Position numbers and translations under genes: made by a program
Source: Prochlorococcus sp. MIT 0801
GTDB taxonomy: Bacteria > Cyanobacteriota > Cyanobacteriia > PCC-6307 > Cyanobiaceae
Assembly (NCBI RefSeq): GCF_000757865.1
Contig: NZ_CP007754.1
Coordinates: 1,770,001 to 1,802,000, forward strand
DNA length: 32,000 bases
Reading direction: 5' to 3'
Notes under the pieces: generated by a model
Told to the model about the DNA's origin: nothing
The model's database searches: none
What the model saw: the letters and a program-made list of their open reading frames with translations, nothing else
Part shown: positions 28,759 through 32,000 of the stretch, one piece after another
How the letters are laid out: the number at the start of each line of letters is the position of its first letter
Position numbering within the stretch: position 1 is the first letter of the stretch

Positions 28759-29559
28759 CTATGAAATACGCTTTAAATATCCATTTGGGGCAGAAGATAT
28801 CATTAATTTATTATCTATTTCTAAATCTATTACAAATTCTTTATGTGTAGACAGATACTCTTTCAATGCAGTCTTAGGGTTATCATTTGGCCCCCAAGGA
28901 CGATCTAAAAATAGATCCTTTGGCATTGTTTCAACAACAGTATCAAATACAACACAATAGGACCCTTTACTAACAAGTGGTGCGTATGAATTCAATTCAG
29001 ACAGTACATGTTCATGAGAATGATTAGAATCTAAACAAACCATGATATTTTTAAACTCGGAAGAAAAATCTTTAACCTCATCAACTACATCAGGATTAAT
29101 GCTTGACCCCTCAATCATTTCAATCCTAGATGCCATCGGATGTGAATCAATCATTGCTTGATTATGCTTTCTTATATCAATATCAATTCCCAAAACTTTA
29201 CGCTTAGATATTCTTGGATCTAATGATTGATTATTGAGAATTGCTTCAGACATATCCATTAGAGCCAAAATAGAAGCATTCATGATTAATGATCCTCCAT
29301 GAGCAATTCCAGTTTCAATTATTAAATCAGGCTTTGTTTTCCAAATAATTTCTTGTAAAGCCCATGAGTCATTAGGAAATTGTATGATTGGTCTTCCTAG
29401 CCAACTAAAGTTGTATGTGTATCGATAAGGAGCGGCAGCATTTATCCAGTCTTTTGAAAACCTTTTAAGTTCGTCTGCAGAAGATAATTTTTTAAGATTC
29501 TCACTTACTTCGTTTTGAAAGTCTAAAACAGGCTCAAGATTTAAAGACCCTTCTCCCAT
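28759..29559 (-). CDS. CmcI / cephalosporin hydroxylase-family SAM-dependent (sugar O-)methyltransferase
   Basis: ORF track, 266 aa. FSWLGRPIIQFPNDSWALQEIIWKTKPDLIIETGIAHGGSLIM matches my memory of the CmcI family core (W.G....Q.P.D......i....kPd.iiE.G...GGS). Confidence 0.7.
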   Translation of the reverse strand: MGEGSLNLEPVLDFQNEVSENLKKLSSADELKRFSKDWINAAAPYRYTYNFSWLGRPIIQFPNDSWALQEIIWKTKPDLIIETGIAHGGSLIMNASILALMDMSEAILNNQSLDPRISKRKVLGIDIDIRKHNQAMIDSHPMASRIEMIEGSSINPDVVDEVKDFSSEFKNIMVCLDSNHSHEHVLSELNSYAPLVSKGSYCVVFDTVVETMPKDLFLDRPWGPNDNPKTALKEYLSTHKEFVIDLEIDNKLMISSAPNGYLKRIS

Positions 29560-31154
29560 AAAAAAAAGCTGGAAAGTATGAATATAATTCTGGAATAAAA
29601 ATATGAATTTTGGTGAGGAATCAGTAAAGTCTTAATATCATTAATCATCTCATTTGAGCGACTAGATATAATTTTCTCTAAAGAACCATCAACCCAGGAA
29701 TTTAGCGGATAATCAAAACCCCTTTTTCTTCGATAAATAAAATCATTAGATAATGATCCTGCAAGCATTTTTTTTAACTGAATCTTAGTGATAGTTTTAT
29801 TTGCAGTTTTTTGATCTAAAGAAAAAGATCTTGAAAATTCATATAAAGAATTAGAAAGGAATGGAACTCTATTTTCTATTGAATGTTTCATGCCAGTCAA
29901 ATCTGCTCTTGTTAACCATCTTTGAAGATAATATTTAATAAAAAATTCATCCATACTCATCTCAGTGAATTTTGGTGGATTGAAATTCTGTATTCCTAAG
30001 ACCTTTGCAATAATTGAAGAAGGAACATAACCAAGAATATTTTCCATATTGATTGAATCTTGTAAGTGCCATCTATAGCCGCAGAATAATTCATCTGCAC
30101 CCTCTCCAGAGATCAAAACTTTAAGTCCATAGAATTTAGCTTTTTCGGCAATTGCTAGTGCTCCTAAAAAATTAGGATGTGTAATAGGTAAATCTAATTG
30201 ATATAAAGAATGATAAATATTCTCAGGAGTAAAATCATTATTGTTAGTTTTTACTTCATAGTAATTAGATTTAATATTAAAAGTTTTTATTACCAAATCT
30301 TGCCAATATTTTTCATTCATCTCAATATCATCTAGAGTAATAGAAAATATTGAAGTTAGTTTCTTATTTTTCATTAGCTCTAATAAAATTAAAGTAGAAT
30401 CAATTCCACCGCTAAACAAAATTCCAAAAGGCAAATCAGGAATTTGGCTTTTTACAGAATTCGAAAAAATTTCAGAGTATGTTTTTTTAGCTTTGAGAGT
30501 TTTATTAACTATCAAATCAAATGAATATTGATTTCTCTTATTATTTTTTAAATTAAAATGAATAATTTCACCTGCATTAATTTTATTTATAGATTTATAA
30601 ATAGTATCTGAATTCCAAGTAGTGCCATAAGATAAATATTCTACTAAAGCCTGAGAATTATATGAAGAATTTAAATGAGAAGAAAGAGGCCTTAATTCAC
30701 TTGAAATATATAGTTTTCCGTTTAGAAAAGAATAATAAGCTGGTTTAACTCCAAAGAAGTCTCTCGCTAAAAAGACTTCATTTCTTCTAAAATTTATATA
30801 AGCAAAAGCAAATATCCCATCAAGTTTTGGTATAATTTCTTTAATATTAAACTTTAAAAGTTTATACAAAACTTCTGTATCAGAAATTTTTGAGGATTTA
30901 ATATCATATTCATCTGCTAGTTCTTTAAAATTATAAATTTCTCCATTAAAAACTAAGCAATCTTCATTACTATTTTCTGTATAAGGTTGATCAAAATCTT
31001 CTTGATTTCCCACTATAGAAAGACGATTAAAACCAATTTGCCAATTATTTTTTATAAGAGTTTTAGATGAATCAGGTCCTCTATGACTAATTAAATTAAG
31101 AGAATTAGTTAGTTGAAAACTATTATCATTATAAGAACAAACGAAACCACACAT
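29541..31154 (-). CDS. asparagine synthetase B-family glutamine-dependent amidotransferase
   Basis: The ORF track gives 29541..31184, but I set the start at the ATG at 31154 because this gives MCGFVCSY, with the obligatory Cys2 Ntn nucleophile. Other motifs are HRGPD, NGEIYNF, ARDFFGVKPAYY and the PP-loop ILFSGGIDSTLIL. With this start there is a 4-nt gap from the upstream gene. Confidence 0.85.
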   Translation of the reverse strand: MCGFVCSYNDNSFQLTNSLNLISHRGPDSSKTLIKNNWQIGFNRLSIVGNQEDFDQPYTENSNEDCLVFNGEIYNFKELADEYDIKSSKISDTEVLYKLLKFNIKEIIPKLDGIFAFAYINFRRNEVFLARDFFGVKPAYYSFLNGKLYISSELRPLSSHLNSSYNSQALVEYLSYGTTWNSDTIYKSINKINAGEIIHFNLKNNKRNQYSFDLIVNKTLKAKKTYSEIFSNSVKSQIPDLPFGILFSGGIDSTLILLELMKNKKLTSIFSITLDDIEMNEKYWQDLVIKTFNIKSNYYEVKTNNNDFTPENIYHSLYQLDLPITHPNFLGALAIAEKAKFYGLKVLISGEGADELFCGYRWHLQDSINMENILGYVPSSIIAKVLGIQNFNPPKFTEMSMDEFFIKYYLQRWLTRADLTGMKHSIENRVPFLSNSLYEFSRSFSLDQKTANKTITKIQLKKMLAGSLSNDFIYRRKRGFDYPLNSWVDGSLEKIISSRSNEMINDIKTLLIPHQNSYFYSRIIFILSSFFLWEKGL

Positions 31155-31158
31155 ATAT

Positions 31159-31791
31159 TTAAAATGGTTTTGCTGGGACACCACGCACTCTGCTATTGGA
31201 TTTTATATCAGAAATAACAACAGCACCAGCAGCAATCAAAGAATCAGATCCCAGAGTAAGTCTAGGTAGGACTTTTGCTCCTACACCTATGTATACTAAA
31301 TCACAAATTTTCACTTTGCCACAGATATAAGAGGCAGGTCCAATAAAATTATAATCACCAATAGAACTTTCATGAGCTATACCAGAACAACTAGATATAA
31401 CATTATGAGATCCAATTTTTACTTGAGGATGAATCATGGAATTTTCATATACTATATTACCCTGACCAAAAGTAACAGAATCTATATTAATTGAAGGGTG
31501 AATTACATTTAAAAAATTAAATCCTTGTTCAATAAATGAATTAGTAATTTCTTTTCTAAGATTTGTTTTGCTAGCGATTGTGTTAATTAAACTGACATCT
31601 TCGGGAAAATATTTTAAATCATTTAAACCTCCTAAGATAGGAATTCCATGATAGAAATTACCTATATTCTGAAAATTATTATCTATAAATCCTAAAACAT
31701 TTATTGTTTTTGAAAAACTATTGATATCATTAATAGTTCTAATAATTGTAGGATTATTAGCACCAATAATTATCGTATTTTTAAATTTCAT
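31159..31791 (-). CDS. hexapeptide-repeat sugar N-acetyltransferase (NeuD/PglD/PerB-like)
   Basis: ORF track, 210 aa. The N-terminal Rossmann-like part is IIIGANNPTIIRTINDIN...VLGFIDNN. The C-terminal left-handed beta-helix repeats are IHPQVKIGSHNVISSCSGIAHESSIGDYNFIGPASYICGKVKICDLVYIGVGAKV. Confidence 0.75.
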   Translation of the reverse strand: MKFKNTIIIGANNPTIIRTINDINSFSKTINVLGFIDNNFQNIGNFYHGIPILGGLNDLKYFPEDVSLINTIASKTNLRKEITNSFIEQGFNFLNVIHPSINIDSVTFGQGNIVYENSMIHPQVKIGSHNVISSCSGIAHESSIGDYNFIGPASYICGKVKICDLVYIGVGAKVLPRLTLGSDSLIAAGAVVISDIKSNSRVRGVPAKPF

Positions 31792-32000
31792 TTGGTTTGA
31801 TTAAATAAATGACGAATACAATTAACAGATCTCATAATTTGTTCCTCCGAAATATCGTGAAAGCTTGGAAGATTTATTGCCCTCTCTGGTATAGACCATG
31901 AATTAATATTATTTCGCTGGGATGTAAACATAGGAAGCGAAGAAAGTGGCCAAAAAAATACCCTTGCATCAATATTCTGCTCTGCAAAAGCATGAGCTAA
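31788..32000 (-). CDS. DegT/DnrJ/EryC1/StrS-family sugar aminotransferase, C-terminal 70 codons (gene runs off the right edge)
   Basis: Absent from the ORF track because it is truncated. My translation is LAHAFAEQNIDARVFFWPLSSLPMFTSQRNNINSWSIPERAINLPSFHDISEEQIMRSVNCIRHLFNQTK*. The pattern (gI..r.f..Pl...P.f...........e..i.LP.h..l...q) is typical of the C-terminus of this family. Its TGA overlaps the ATG of the acetyltransferase (ATGA). Confidence 0.6.
   Translation of the reverse strand, partial: LAHAFAEQNIDARVFFWPLSSLPMFTSQRNNINSWSIPERAINLPSFHDISEEQIMRSVNCIRHLFNQTK

Noticed and set aside
31155-31184. N-terminal extension (MVSQQNHFKY, GTG start) of the AsnB ORF as given in the track, which would overlap the acetyltransferase gene.
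   Set aside because: Class II glutamine amidotransferases need Cys as the first residue after Met removal. The internal ATG at 31154 gives MCGF... and removes the overlap, so I rejected the longer form.

Overview
This is a gene-dense, AT-rich bacterial chromosome segment with about 31 protein genes, almost no intergenic space, and no tRNA, rRNA, CRISPR array or transposase that I could see. The gene set and protein sequences fit a marine picocyanobacterium, probably Prochlorococcus-like: a group-2 sigma-70 factor, a GntR regulator that looks like the cyanobacterial PlmA type, typical SecA/GyrB/IF-3, and many abutting or overlapping gene ends. That taxonomic call is from memory, not from a search. 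Positions 1-13.9 kb and 16.1-18.9 kb hold ordinary housekeeping genes: ahcY, tsaE, a PfkB kinase, mutY, an alpha/beta hydrolase, a sigma factor, mgtE, a peroxidase, a crcB pair, gyrB, miaA, infC, a GntR regulator, cysE and secA. Three accessory-looking blocks stand out. (i) A visibly more AT-rich Wzt/Wzm-type ABC-2 glycan exporter sits between cysE and secA, and its ATPase carries an unusual N-terminal tandem DUF4214-like extension. (ii) Downstream of an orphan gmd lies a five-gene same-strand module: a 63-aa coiled-coil protein, a signal-less parvulin-like protein, a 985-aa ABC exporter, a HlyD-type adaptor and a small SAM methyltransferase. The exporter's N-terminal cNMP-binding-like and C39-peptidase-like domains both look catalytically or ligand-degenerate. 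The module looks like a type I secretion-like system with no recognisable substrate, and it is my top candidate for an undescribed system. (iii) A very AT-rich minus-strand glycan-modification operon encodes a DegT aminotransferase, a NeuD/PglD-like acetyltransferase, an AsnB amidotransferase, a CmcI-like methyltransferase, a second AsnB-like enzyme lacking the glutaminase nucleophile, and a GT-B glycosyltransferase. Smaller oddities are a MutY with an intact MutT-type Nudix box, a 26-bp perfect palindrome upstream of the hydrolase gene, a TTGTCA operator-like array upstream of the GntR gene, and a second crcB with no canonical start codon lying in frame behind the first. All domain calls are manual motif recognition, and no searches were run.
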